Source: a virus. From it: a stretch of DNA of 64,000 nucleotides. The position numbers and the translations under genes are program-made. The notes beneath the pieces are model-generated. The model made no database searches. It had not been told where the DNA came from and was given only the letters and a program-made list of their open reading frames with translations. Shown in pieces: positions 48,134-58,362 of the stretch. How positions within the stretch are numbered: the first letter of the stretch is position 1; every line of letters starts with the position of its first letter. The stretch covers positions 1 through 64,000 of IMG/VR virus record IMGVR_UViG_3300033148_003591; one strand, written 5' to 3'.

Positions 48134-51100
48134 GATTTCTCCAGTTTTTCCCGTATAACTGTTCAAGATACCCTATAACTGGCATTGGTACTGATAGATT
48201 GCATCCATATAAACTTCTTGGTTTAGTATTTTTTGTCCATTTTAAAATATGAACTTTTATGCCATTTTTTGCATATGTATTTTTTTCTTCATCATGTATA
48301 AACATTTTTTGCCTTAATAGGTTACTATTAATCTCTGGTGCTGATATAAAAATATCTGTTGTTGTACTTGATAATTTTGATTTTTTAATAGCTTCAAGGC
48401 ATGTTCTTTGAAGTAAACAACAATCAGGAACTATATTTATAAAATCTAAAAATACACTTTGTATATTATCACTTACTTTAGGTACAATATTTGTTGTCTT
48501 TTTTTCTACTTCAATTATATCGGCAACTGGATAATTAACCAATTCGTATGGAGTTTGGTATCTAATATGTTTAACACGTTCTAATGTGCTACTACCTCTT
48601 GAAGTCATTTTCATTTCGCACTCCATATAAAATTTATTTTTTAAATAATGCAAGAATTTTTCAACCAAATGCATATCGGGTTTTCTTGGATGATGAATAT
48701 ATTTTTTAAGTTTTCTTATACTATTCGCTTTTTTATTTATACCTTTAAAATTATAGAAACACTTACCTACAGTTATTACAGGTTTTCCCCACATCATTGC
48801 TTGCAACCCAATACCAGAATTTATTGTTAAAACTATATCCGAATATTTAATGCAGTCTTTATAATGATATTTATCTACGATTTTAACATTTTTACTTTCA
48901 GTCATTAATGTTGTTTCCACCGGATGATTCTTAACTAGAAATTCTACATTTCTCATACTGCATCCTAATTCCTTTATAATGTTTTGAAAATTAGGCATAG
49001 ATTTTACCCAATCACTCCATAATAATATAGTTGTATCATTATATACCTGTGACGCAACGAAAACTTTAATTGTATCTTTAGATAAATCTAATTCTTCATA
49101 GAAGGTTTTTTTAGTAACAAATTCAGCATGCTGTTTTTCTAAGCTACATTCATCCTCAGTGAAAGATTTAATATATTCTTTAATTTGTTTCTTTTCATAG
49201 GCTGTTATTTTAACATCCCAATTTTTCTTTTTATATGAATCACTAAAGTATAAAAAGTTGTGCATATCTAAATAAATGCTTCCAGGTAATGCTCCACGTT
49301 CAAGTACATAAGCTAATTTTCCAGCTTCTTTAAATTCATGCAACAAATCGTATTTCCATTGAAACTTCTTTGCTATTGTATAACTATATGTATTCCAAAG
49401 AATTAATGCTTTATTAGATTTTTTAACTCTTTCTATATTTCTGTCTAATTCAATGTCTAAATATTTGCTTAATTCTACAACATAAGGGTGTCTAACTTCA
49501 GGACTGATAAATTGTATTTTTTTGATTTGACTAATTTTATCTTGTACTATTTTAAATTTAGGATTATTTTGGTCTGTAAAGAAATTTTTTTCTTTATTAG
49601 AACATTCTTCAGTAAATAAAGACCCAAATGCTCCTAATAAGGCATACAGGTTTAATTCCGTTGGGTTTTTTTGTAGAATCTTCCATAATTTTACAGGAAC
49701 TTTGGTATATTTATCTTTATTATTTTTAGTTCTATCCATCATATTATAATATCTTTGAAATATTGTGTAGTTTGACCAATAAGGACAATGGTCTCCCATA
49801 ACCCTTCTGTCGTTTATTGTAGTAAAACCGTCATTTAGCAGTGCGATTTTTTGAGTATTTTCGCAGCATAAAGTATCTTCAAAAGGATACTTTTTTAATA
49901 TTTCCGTTCTATTAATTCTAACGCCTTTAATTTTTCTATTCATATGTACATCATACAGGGAAAATAATAATGTAGAAACAGTTGGTTCATTTTTTAACAT
50001 ACTTGTGTGCATATTATTAACAGCTTCAGGTTTTAAAATGATATCTTCATCACATTGGATAAAGTATGGTGTTTTACACCTAATCATCATTTGATTAAAT
50101 GCGTCTGACATGGGTGCAATATCTTCTATTATGTCTAGTTTAAAATCAACGGTTTGGTTTTTTAAAGCCAATAGACATGCTTGATAATTTTTTTTCTTTT
50201 CAACAGCAATTACAAATACAGTTACATCTGAAGAAATATCTTGTTTTCCCTTATCCCATGCCCGCACTACATTTTTTGTTCTATAATGAATATCTCTATT
50301 CGTCATTCCTTTTTTTGATAAATCTATATCAGTATAAAATTTCGTGCCAGGAAAAGGTTCAAATTTATACCACCCTTGTACAGATAATTTATTTTTTTTA
50401 ATAAAATCCAAAGTCATTTGTCTTTCTTCTTCTGTTTCTCCTGGTATATGATGCATAAAAGATGCTCGAACTGGTAACTTAATTGAACGTGCTATGTCTA
50501 TAGTATTTTGATTGTCGGCTACTGTGTTACCTTTGTTTAATATTTTTAGCACCCTATCACTTCCACTTTCAGCACCAAATCTAACTTCGTAATAACCCAT
50601 CTCTTTCATTTTTATAGCCGTTTCTAATGTAAACACACCGGCTCTAACAAAACTTCTTATCTTTAACCTTTTATGCCATCCTCTTGCCATCCACATTTCA
50701 TGAATTTTATTAAAGCGTGGTTTGTTTACGATAAATAAATCATCATAAATGTACAATGTTTTAATTTGAGGATATTTTTTAATTAAGAAATCAACTTCTT
50801 TTATAAAATATTCAGCACTATGGAATCTTGTATTACCCCAAAAAACTTGTGAGCTACAAAAATTACAAGAAAATGGACACCCTCTTGAAGTGAAAATAGG
50901 AATAACATCTGTACACCGACCTCGTTCTGGATAATTTAATGTATCAATATTTTCAATGTTTGGTAATTGAATAATTTTTTCGCTTGGGTTATTTTTTATA
51001 ATATGATTTAAAGCTTGTTCACCCTCACCTTTTATTATATGTTTAAATGGGTATTTTTCTAAATCTTCCCAAAGCGTACATTGTCCACCAATAATGATAG

Positions 51101-51314
51101 GAATGTTTTTAATTGATTTTAGAATTTGAATAGCTTCTTGAATACCCCAAGCATTAGAAGATAATCCTATATAGTCACAGTTTTTTAATTCCTTTGGGTT
51201 TCTAATTAATTCAATATCAGCATTACAATTGGTTTTTAGATAACCTATGCTCAATGGATATTCATTGTCAACAGGGTCTTCCCACCCACACTGATACATT
51301 TTAATTTTTTTCAT
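48126..51314 (-). CDS. multidomain protein: B12-binding radical SAM + GT2-like + KpsS/KpsC-like + LicD-like
   Basis: SRGCPFSCNFC, GAESGS; QCDED; ERG, QVYND, KNHP, TINSGIGLQAMMWGKPV; C-terminal P.P..YLEQLYG.NW. Confidence 0.75.
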   Translation of the reverse strand: MKKIKMYQCGWEDPVDNEYPLSIGYLKTNCNADIELIRNPKELKNCDYIGLSSNAWGIQEAIQILKSIKNIPIIIGGQCTLWEDLEKYPFKHIIKGEGEQALNHIIKNNPSEKIIQLPNIENIDTLNYPERGRCTDVIPIFTSRGCPFSCNFCSSQVFWGNTRFHSAEYFIKEVDFLIKKYPQIKTLYIYDDLFIVNKPRFNKIHEMWMARGWHKRLKIRSFVRAGVFTLETAIKMKEMGYYEVRFGAESGSDRVLKILNKGNTVADNQNTIDIARSIKLPVRASFMHHIPGETEEERQMTLDFIKKNKLSVQGWYKFEPFPGTKFYTDIDLSKKGMTNRDIHYRTKNVVRAWDKGKQDISSDVTVFVIAVEKKKNYQACLLALKNQTVDFKLDIIEDIAPMSDAFNQMMIRCKTPYFIQCDEDIILKPEAVNNMHTSMLKNEPTVSTLLFSLYDVHMNRKIKGVRINRTEILKKYPFEDTLCCENTQKIALLNDGFTTINDRRVMGDHCPYWSNYTIFQRYYNMMDRTKNNKDKYTKVPVKLWKILQKNPTELNLYALLGAFGSLFTEECSNKEKNFFTDQNNPKFKIVQDKISQIKKIQFISPEVRHPYVVELSKYLDIELDRNIERVKKSNKALILWNTYSYTIAKKFQWKYDLLHEFKEAGKLAYVLERGALPGSIYLDMHNFLYFSDSYKKKNWDVKITAYEKKQIKEYIKSFTEDECSLEKQHAEFVTKKTFYEELDLSKDTIKVFVASQVYNDTTILLWSDWVKSMPNFQNIIKELGCSMRNVEFLVKNHPVETTLMTESKNVKIVDKYHYKDCIKYSDIVLTINSGIGLQAMMWGKPVITVGKCFYNFKGINKKANSIRKLKKYIHHPRKPDMHLVEKFLHYLKNKFYMECEMKMTSRGSSTLERVKHIRYQTPYELVNYPVADIIEVEKKTTNIVPKVSDNIQSVFLDFINIVPDCCLLQRTCLEAIKKSKLSSTTTDIFISAPEINSNLLRQKMFIHDEEKNTYAKNGIKVHILKWTKNTKPRSLYGCNLSVPMPVIGYLEQLYGKNWRNHE

Positions 51315-52117
51315 TACATCCCTTCCATTATTTTTAAAGTTTGTTTAACTACGTTTTCCGCTTCTGAGAAATTAAGAGAATTACTACCGTCACATAAAGC
51401 TTTTTTTGGTGTTGGGTGAATTTCCATAAATATACCATTAACTCCATATGCTACTGAAGCTCTTGCTAAAGGTAAAATAAATTCTTTATTACCTAATGAT
51501 TTATTTCCACCAGCACTCGGTAACTGAACAGAATGAGTGCAATCAAATACTACAGGGTAATATTGTTTCATTATTGTAAACCCTGTAAAATCTACTACTA
51601 ATCTATGATACCCAAAAGAAGTTCCACGTTCTGTAAGTATAATATTAGTATTATTTTGGCTTTCAATTTTTTTAATTACATGTACTATATCATCTGGAGC
51701 TATAAATTGCCCCTTTTTAATATTAATTATTCTGCCTGTCTTTGCTAACCCTCCAACTAAATCTGTTTGTCTGCATAAGAATGCGGGTATTTGCAGAATA
51801 TCTAAAGGTGATTTTTCTACCTCTTTTATTTCTGCTACAGAATGAACATCTGTTAATATTGGCAAATCGTATAAAATTTTTACTTGAGTTAAAAGTTCTA
51901 TACCTCTTTTAATGCCCAAACCTCTATAAGCATCGTAAGAGGTTCTATTAGCTTTATCATAACTAGCTTTAAAAATAAACTGACACCCATATTTCATTTT
52001 TAATTTTTTGACAAATCTTGCAGTTTCAAATAAAATCTTGTAATTTTCTATAGCACAATTTCCTACAATAAAAAATAATTTTGATTTTTTTATTTTGTCA
52101 TACAATTTATTTTTCAT
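51314..52117 (-). CDS. kdsA: 3-deoxy-D-manno-octulosonate 8-phosphate synthase
   Basis: KASYDKANRTS, QIPAFLCRQTDL, KKGQF, ERG, DCTHSVQ, MEIHP; N-terminal Cys suggests the metal-dependent class. Confidence 0.93.
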   Translation of the reverse strand: MKNKLYDKIKKSKLFFIVGNCAIENYKILFETARFVKKLKMKYGCQFIFKASYDKANRTSYDAYRGLGIKRGIELLTQVKILYDLPILTDVHSVAEIKEVEKSPLDILQIPAFLCRQTDLVGGLAKTGRIINIKKGQFIAPDDIVHVIKKIESQNNTNIILTERGTSFGYHRLVVDFTGFTIMKQYYPVVFDCTHSVQLPSAGGNKSLGNKEFILPLARASVAYGVNGIFMEIHPTPKKALCDGSNSLNFSEAENVVKQTLKIMEGM

Positions 52118-52512
52118 AGGTTTAATAATCCTTTATCTTTTAACTCTGGTATAGGTATTTCTGCACCATCAATAATTAACCCACCCTGAATCTGTCTAAT
52201 TATATCATCTGGATTTATATCAGTGTCAATTGTATAAGCTATTTCAATTAGCACAGAATTTTCTAAAGCTTTAAATTTATGCACTAATGGTGGATGAACT
52301 TCAAAAGTTTCATTTATGCCTAATACTTTAGTACCAAGTTCACTTATAATTTCCACTTTACCAGAAACCAATATAAACTTGTTTATTTTTTCTTTGTGAT
52401 GATGCACAGAGCAAAAACTATCTCTCTTTAACTGCAATAAATCTATTTCGTTGTGATTATCAAGATGAATTCTTTGTTTAATACCCCAAATTTTAAAACT
52501 ATTATTTGACAT
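52114..52512 (-). CDS. cupin, sugar isomerase-like
   Basis: K.WG, CSVHHH..K...F....G, H.F.A.....LIE, D..R. Confidence 0.7.
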   Translation of the reverse strand: MSNNSFKIWGIKQRIHLDNHNEIDLLQLKRDSFCSVHHHKEKINKFILVSGKVEIISELGTKVLGINETFEVHPPLVHKFKALENSVLIEIAYTIDTDINPDDIIRQIQGGLIIDGAEIPIPELKDKGLLNL

Positions 52513-52877
52513 TATTTTAGCTCCTTTAATTCTTTAGCTACAAGTTTACTTATTTTCTTTTTTCTTACTAATTTTTTAATTAACCGATGCTGTTTCCTTG
52601 CATCTTTTTCAGGATTGATTTTAAGAACCTCATCTAATGCATTACGATTAACTAATAATTTTTTCATCAATGTTGCATGAATAAAACCTCTATCAATAAC
52701 ATCTCTTCTGAATTGCTTTTTGGCAAGTCTATTTTTACAATATCCTTTTTCAACTATTTTAATTAGCTGATATAATTTTTTAATTTGTTCAAGAATCTGA
52801 ATTTTTTTAATATCAGCAGCCTTTTGCATTTGTTTCATTTTATAATTTCTAATTATATTTTTAATCCATTTTAACAT
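52512..52877 (-). CDS. basic hypothetical protein
   Basis: ORF with AAAGGA RBS. Confidence 0.6.
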   Translation of the reverse strand: MLKWIKNIIRNYKMKQMQKAADIKKIQILEQIKKLYQLIKIVEKGYCKNRLAKKQFRRDVIDRGFIHATLMKKLLVNRNALDEVLKINPEKDARKQHRLIKKLVRKKKISKLVAKELKELK

Positions 52878-52890
52878 AATCTATCCTTTC

Positions 52891-53490
52891 TTATTTGAAT
52901 TCTATTACGTTATCACCGAAATCTAAAAAATCTCCTTTGTGATGTGTTATGAGAATTGTTTGCATATCGAATTTTTTAACTATAGATTTTAAGCATTCTC
53001 CTGTTTGTTTAATATCACCTGCACCAATTTGACTGAATGGTTCATCCAATTTTAAAATAATACCTCCTTCCGGTTTGACAAAACCCAACACAACCATTCT
53101 TAATATCAAAGCAATTAAATCCTTTTGTCCACCAGCATTAGAGTCTTCAGGCTCGTGTGGTTCGGACATATCTGGTGTTTTAATGTACACCTTTGCTTCT
53201 GGAATAGCTCCTCTACGGTCAAATTCTAACTCTAAATGATGACCATCGCCAAATACTGACTGCAATGCATTGGTGCTGACTAACTCAAATCCTTCTTTCA
53301 TTTTTTGCTGCAATGCCTTTTGAGCAATATCCAATACTTCAATACATTTTTGAAATAATTCTTTATTGGCTTTATTGGTGTCCACTTTTGTTTCAAGTTC
53401 ATTGATTTTGAGTGTTAATGATTTATGAACACCATCTAAACTATAGACTTCTTTTTCTAAATTTTGATAGGTTTCTAATAAATTATTCAT
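52891..53490 (-). CDS. Rad50/SbcC C-terminal half
   Basis: Signature AGGQK, Walker B LDEPF, H-switch LITH; start after AAGGAG. Confidence 0.8.
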   Translation of the reverse strand: MNNLLETYQNLEKEVYSLDGVHKSLTLKINELETKVDTNKANKELFQKCIEVLDIAQKALQQKMKEGFELVSTNALQSVFGDGHHLELEFDRRGAIPEAKVYIKTPDMSEPHEPEDSNAGGQKDLIALILRMVVLGFVKPEGGIILKLDEPFSQIGAGDIKQTGECLKSIVKKFDMQTILITHHKGDFLDFGDNVIEFK

Positions 53491-53617
53491 TATTTTACTC
53501 CTTGATGATACCATATAGAAAAATCTTTCAAAGGAATTTCTATTATAATCTTTACAACTTTTAAACGGTTAGATTTGTCATAAATATATATGTATTTATT
53601 TTTCCCTTTTTTATTCA

Positions 53618-53836
53618 TTATTCTTCCTCTTCATTTGATGGTAAAACATCAGGCAATATAAATGCTTTAATAATCTCAACTAACCCTAAACATTTTATAG
53701 AGTCACCATTGAATGTATGAACCATTTCAGCTTCTCCATCATTCAATATTTTCTCTCCTATTATAACAATACTATCTGTTCTGTTTACTAATTCTTCTAT
53801 TAAATCATCCATAGGCACTAAACTTAATTCACTCAT
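53618..53836 (-). CDS. small acidic hypothetical protein
   Basis: L.LV..DDLIEEL..R motif. Confidence 0.6.
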   Translation of the reverse strand: MSELSLVPMDDLIEELVNRTDSIVIIGEKILNDGEAEMVHTFNGDSIKCLGLVEIIKAFILPDVLPSNEEEE

Positions 53837-54063
53837 TTTATTCCTAACTTTTTTTTGCCATCAGCAAGTAATTTACTATATTCTTCTTCAGAATTTTCTA
53901 ACACAACTTCTGCTTCATCTATAGCTATTCCCATTTCTGTAATAGTTTTTACCTCTTCATCTCTTTCTTTTTTTTGATTTGCAATTCTTTCTTCTAATTT
54001 AACTATTTCCATTTTGTTATCATTATTAACTTTTTCTAATTGTTCAAGCTCTTTATCTGCCAT
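53833..54063 (-). CDS. small coiled-coil protein
   Basis: Heptads; GGAGG RBS. Confidence 0.65.
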   Translation of the reverse strand: MADKELEQLEKVNNDNKMEIVKLEERIANQKKERDEEVKTITEMGIAIDEAEVVLENSEEEYSKLLADGKKKLGIK

Positions 54064-54064
54064 T

Positions 54065-54370
54065 TTATTTTCCTCCAAATTTAATTTTATCTTCTAAAAT
54101 TATTGTTAATCTGTTTGTTCCTCCTATCCATTCACATGGATTGCCAGAAAAATATTTACCTTTTATTTTAAATTTAAATTCTGATAATTTATTTCCAAAT
54201 AATTTTAGAATGAATTTTAAATCAACATCTACTATAATAATTTTGGTTTTTTTAATTGAAGTTATAAAATGTTCAATTTCTGGATATGGATAAGTAGCAG
54301 CGTCAAAAATATTTGATATTATTAAACTTTCGAGTGTGCCAATTGGTTTGTTTCTATAATATACTTTCAT
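54065..54370 (-). CDS. hypothetical protein
   Basis: AGGAG RBS. Confidence 0.6.
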   Translation of the reverse strand: MKVYYRNKPIGTLESLIISNIFDAATYPYPEIEHFITSIKKTKIIIVDVDLKFILKLFGNKLSEFKFKIKGKYFSGNPCEWIGGTNRLTIILEDKIKFGGK

Positions 54371-55315
54371 TTATTCTCCTTTTTCGCATAACCCAATTCG
54401 TTCTCTCAAATTTTTCACAACAGGTTCTTCAGTTTTTGACGACTCACACACTCCCATAACCACATCTATCACCTTCATTGTTTGAATTTTAATATTTTTT
54501 AATCCGGCTGTAAACATTTCCATTTTCTTTTTATTCTCTTTTTGAATAGATAATGCTTTTAAATCAAATATATCTTCTACCTTTTTAGCTGATTTTAATG
54601 GTATAATATCAATATCATATAATTTATTTTTTTTAATAGTTATTATGGCAATAGAAGGTATTCTATTTATATCATATTCATCAGCTTTACATCTTGCTAT
54701 TGCTCCAGGGGCAATAAAAACAGGGTCTTGTTCTTTTTTAATACCCCAATACTTATGATTGTGTGAAACTAGCACTATATCGTAATTAGTTTTTATATTT
54801 TCATAATAAACGCTAGTAGTAAACCACACTTTTACATCCACTATCATTGCATGGGGAACGTATATAGTTAATTTATCTTTTTTATCATGCTGTGGAAATT
54901 CTTTATTTAAATCATCTTCAATTCCTACATAATACTCTTGTCCTTTAATATAAATATTTTCATCTTCATATTCACCAAGTTGTTTAATATATTTACTTCT
55001 TCTAAACATATGAGCTAATGATGTTGCATTTGATAGTGACCAATTATTAAACGCTTCATCATGATTACCAGGAGCTATAAGAATATTTATTTTATATTTT
55101 TCAATTAAATCAATAAACCAATCACTTAAAACATTACTCACTAAATAACCGTCATATACATCTGCTCCACAAATGATTAATTTTACTTTTTCTTTTTTAG
55201 CAATATCGAGTGATTCTACTATTTTAGCTTTAATGGCTTCACAATAGTTATCTGTGCGATTGCGTGGATTAACACCTTTAAGGTGCATATCTGTGATGTA
55301 GAGTATCTTAGACAT
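54371..55315 (-). CDS. Mre11/SbcD-like metallophosphoesterase nuclease
   Basis: TDMH, GAD, GNHD, H, SHNH, PGAIAR. Confidence 0.85.
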   Translation of the reverse strand: MSKILYITDMHLKGVNPRNRTDNYCEAIKAKIVESLDIAKKEKVKLIICGADVYDGYLVSNVLSDWFIDLIEKYKINILIAPGNHDEAFNNWSLSNATSLAHMFRRSKYIKQLGEYEDENIYIKGQEYYVGIEDDLNKEFPQHDKKDKLTIYVPHAMIVDVKVWFTTSVYYENIKTNYDIVLVSHNHKYWGIKKEQDPVFIAPGAIARCKADEYDINRIPSIAIITIKKNKLYDIDIIPLKSAKKVEDIFDLKALSIQKENKKKMEMFTAGLKNIKIQTMKVIDVVMGVCESSKTEEPVVKNLRERIGLCEKGE

Positions 55316-55460
55316 AAATAATTCCTATTTTATTAATCTTCTACTTCAACAAAAAATACTTCCGGTTCAGGTAAGTTTAATTCTTTAACTTTTAAAACAT
55401 AATATCCAACAAATTGTATTGGTTCGCCTTTATAATCTTCTTTTCTAATCATTTTATATT

Positions 55461-55685
55461 TCATTTGTCATGATACTCCTTTAAATGTTCTGCGAAATAA
55501 AACGTTGATTTTTTTTGAAGGCTTTTTATATATTTAAATAAATCGTCTCTCCAATCATCATATGAATGAATATCTCTATCGTTGGTTTTTATGTAATAAT
55601 CAAATTCGTGGTCGCCACCTATTTTTAATGTTCCTTCTTTTTCTGGTAGATGTCCTCTATCTATTTTAATAATTTCAAATCCCAT
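55461..55685 (-). CDS. hypothetical protein
   Basis: AGGAG RBS. Confidence 0.55.
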   Translation of the reverse strand: MGFEIIKIDRGHLPEKEGTLKIGGDHEFDYYIKTNDRDIHSYDDWRDDLFKYIKSLQKKSTFYFAEHLKEYHDK

Positions 55686-55687
55686 GA

Positions 55688-56008
55688 TTATTCTCCTTTC
55701 AAAGTTAAAACTATAACTGATGATTGTTCAGTAATTCCAAATGTTCTAAATAATTTTCTAGCTTCTTTAAAGTTCATTCCTGTATCAGTACATATTAATC
55801 CTTTGGGAATACTATTAAAATTTAAATATTCAGCGTTTATTAAAGTAGCTTTACAATGTAGTTTACCATTAAGTAACACATTAAATTCAGTATCTTCTTG
55901 ACCCTTATAATAATTCCATTTTTTATAATCATACTTACGAATAGTAGTAAATATTTGTTGATTTAATTTCAAATTCCAATTATGACTGAAACGTATATTA
56001 TTCATCAT
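55688..56008 (-). CDS. ASCH/PUA-like domain protein
   Basis: I.FSH...KL....FTTIR motif. Confidence 0.5.
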   Translation of the reverse strand: MMNNIRFSHNWNLKLNQQIFTTIRKYDYKKWNYYKGQEDTEFNVLLNGKLHCKATLINAEYLNFNSIPKGLICTDTGMNFKEARKLFRTFGITEQSSVIVLTLKGE

Positions 56009-56286
56009 TTACCTCTTTTATCCATTAATTTAGCTATTTTTACAATATCATGGTCAGCATTTTCGATAGCATTAATATCTTTCCACAACATCTCTGATAA
56101 ATCTTCAGCACCATGCTTATCAGCTATTTCTATTATTTCAGCCACAATTTGTCTCATTTGTTGATAAAGCTCATTTAATTTCAACGCATCTGTATGGAAA
56201 TTAGTTTTCTTTAAATATGAAGATTTCCATTTAATTCCCAATTTTTTACATATTGATTCTATTCTATATGCGATACGGTAACACAT
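56005..56286 (-). CDS. hypothetical protein
   Basis: Coupled ORF. Confidence 0.55.
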   Translation of the reverse strand: MCYRIAYRIESICKKLGIKWKSSYLKKTNFHTDALKLNELYQQMRQIVAEIIEIADKHGAEDLSEMLWKDINAIENADHDIVKIAKLMDKRGK

Positions 56287-56552
56287 TATTTATCTCCAGT
56301 TGATATTTCATAAATTTTATTTCCATTTATATCATGTTTAATATTATCAATTTTTAGTATAGGCATTTTGGTATTCCATTTTGATTTATCAATAGATTTA
56401 GTATCCATATTAATTTTATACCACATATTATCTTTTGTGTTTTTTGGTAACACATTTATATGGAATTCACCATTGTGTTCACAAATGGATATTCGATGTC
56501 CATTATCTGTTTTTAAAATCATTGAATTATTAAATTGATTTATGATTTTCAT
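56286..56552 (-). CDS. hypothetical protein
   Basis: AGGAG RBS. Confidence 0.6.
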   Translation of the reverse strand: MKIINQFNNSMILKTDNGHRISICEHNGEFHINVLPKNTKDNMWYKINMDTKSIDKSKWNTKMPILKIDNIKHDINGNKIYEISTGDK

Positions 56553-56677
56553 TATTTATTCTCCTAATAGTAATTCTCTCATTTCCTTTAAGCATTTTAA
56601 TAATTGATTAAATTTTTGAGGTGTAACTTTTTCACCTTTTGCTAATATTATTGGGTCAGGTAACTTTTCTAATTGCA

Positions 56678-57268
56678 TTATTTTTCCTCCTCAAATCTTT
56701 TTTGACACAATTCACATACTGCACTTAATTCAGTGGCACACCTAACAACAGTACATCCACAATTAAATTTTTTCATTTTAGTTGGTGCTGCAATTTTACT
56801 TGATTCTTTTCTCACCATTTTAAACACATTATAATTAACATTCATTTCTTCTACGGCTAATTTAAGTTTATCACTCATACATGTCATTGCCCATCCGAAC
56901 CTACCAGCCTTTTGTACGTTTAAACCGTAATTTTCAGCACGCTCTCTAAATGCTTTATTATGATACTGAGAAGCACTGCAATCTGGAATTTTATCTACAC
57001 AATTATGATAATGTGCCATCTCATGTATTAGTGTTTCAATTGGGTTTCTGTTTAATACTTCTGCACAGATGTTAATCTCACTCAATTTAATATCATCGCC
57101 ATTACTCCATTTTTCTGTCCAATGCCATCCTAATGTTTGACCTCTACCCTTACTTTGAATAGTTATAATAGGTCTACGAGCTGTAAATTTATATCTATCT
57201 GCTATAAGGTCATATATTCTTTCTAATTCTCTTATTGCTGGACATATGCTATTTTGTTTAGTTTTCAT
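56678..57268 (-). CDS. SprT-like metalloprotease with C-terminal Zn ribbon
   Basis: TLIHEMAH, YHNKAF, CGC...CELC. Confidence 0.75.
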   Translation of the reverse strand: MKTKQNSICPAIRELERIYDLIADRYKFTARRPIITIQSKGRGQTLGWHWTEKWSNGDDIKLSEINICAEVLNRNPIETLIHEMAHYHNCVDKIPDCSASQYHNKAFRERAENYGLNVQKAGRFGWAMTCMSDKLKLAVEEMNVNYNVFKMVRKESSKIAAPTKMKKFNCGCTVVRCATELSAVCELCQKRFEEEK

Positions 57269-57270
57269 TT

Positions 57271-57492
57271 TTAACCCTCTAAATTTTTTAACCATATTTC
57301 ATATGCATAATCGAATTTTTCAGACCCTTGACCTGGAGCAGTTTCACATAGGTGTATAATTTTTTCAACTTCTTCAAATGGATTAAGATTATGTTTTTTG
57401 CACTCAGGATAAATAATAGAAACAATACTACTATCTCCTAGTTGTTCTACTATTCCATCTAAAATTGATTGTAATAATATATCATTTGTCAT
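57271..57492 (-). CDS. hypothetical protein
   Basis: GGAG RBS before ATG 57492. Confidence 0.55.
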   Translation of the reverse strand: MTNDILLQSILDGIVEQLGDSSIVSIIYPECKKHNLNPFEEVEKIIHLCETAPGQGSEKFDYAYEIWLKNLEG

Positions 57493-57764
57493 AAAAATTT
57501 CTCCAAGTATTTTAAGGGTTCTGTTTCTAATACCATTTGTTGTAAGTGCCATTTCCAGTTTTCAATAGGAATAAAATTCATTGCATTTGTAATAATTTTA
57601 TCTTTTAACATTTCTTCACCCCAAAAAGCTTTAGCAAAATCGTGTGAAAAAATATAATTAAAAATCAATAATTCTTCATTAGATTTATTACATTCAAAAT
57701 CTAATAATCTTAAATCTCTACCTGTATTTTTAAATATTTTATTTAATATTTCTTTATCTGTCAT
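57489..57764 (-). CDS. hypothetical phage protein
   Basis: IFSHDFAKAFWG...W.WHLQQMV...PLKYL motif. Confidence 0.65.
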   Translation of the reverse strand: MTDKEILNKIFKNTGRDLRLLDFECNKSNEELLIFNYIFSHDFAKAFWGEEMLKDKIITNAMNFIPIENWKWHLQQMVLETEPLKYLEKFL

Positions 57765-57778
57765 TATATTATCCTTTA

Positions 57779-58312
57779 TTAATCCCACAAATTGAAAAAG
57801 TATTTTCTAAATAAATCAAATCCCTTATAAAATTTTTTACTCTCTTGATGTGTAAATACTATTGAATTATCGTATAAATCAGAATTATCTCTCATCATTG
57901 TTCTCAATTTAAGATATTGTTTTCTATTTTTTGTTAAATAAACTTCATGATTAGATACTTTTTGAGCCATTTTAAAAGTCCAAGTGATTCTCTTTAAAAT
58001 ATCATCCCATTTTTGTTTAGTTAAATTTGTTGGATACCCATGACTATTTTTTCTAAGATGTTCTACACTATCAGCTATAACATTAGCAAGGTAGGTATCT
58101 AATCCCCATGTATCATAATTAGCCCACCCTTTGTTAGCTCTTTGAAAATAGCCTGGTAATAACACACGGAAAAAGAAAAGTATGTCTTTCCATTTTACTA
58201 CGATAGATAACCAAATATTATAATACAACCAACCAGCAATAGTTTTTTCTTTGGCTTCTCTTTCTTTTCTAATTTCATCCATCATTTCTTTAACTGATTT
58301 ATATTTCTTCAT
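57779..58312 (-). CDS. hypothetical phage protein
   Basis: TWGLD.YLA...GYP...W...LF..YF..LWD; own promoter. Confidence 0.7.
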   Translation of the reverse strand: MKKYKSVKEMMDEIRKEREAKEKTIAGWLYYNIWLSIVVKWKDILFFFRVLLPGYFQRANKGWANYDTWGLDTYLANVIADSVEHLRKNSHGYPTNLTKQKWDDILKRITWTFKMAQKVSNHEVYLTKNRKQYLKLRTMMRDNSDLYDNSIVFTHQESKKFYKGFDLFRKYFFNLWD

Positions 58313-58330
58313 TTAATTCTCCTTACTATA

Positions 58331-58358
58331 ATTATATCACATAAAATGGATTTGTCAA
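58331..58358 (-). promoter_or_regulatory. sigma70-type promoter
   Basis: GCCC-TTGACA-N16-TATAAT followed by TATAGTAAGGAG. Confidence 0.85.
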
Positions 58359-58362
58359 GGGC

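Noticed and set aside
42628-52512. Host chromosomal LPS/capsule locus (prophage boundary)
   Set aside because: Genes are interleaved with phage-type ORFs (YopX, MTase) and share the phage promoter/RBS style and composition
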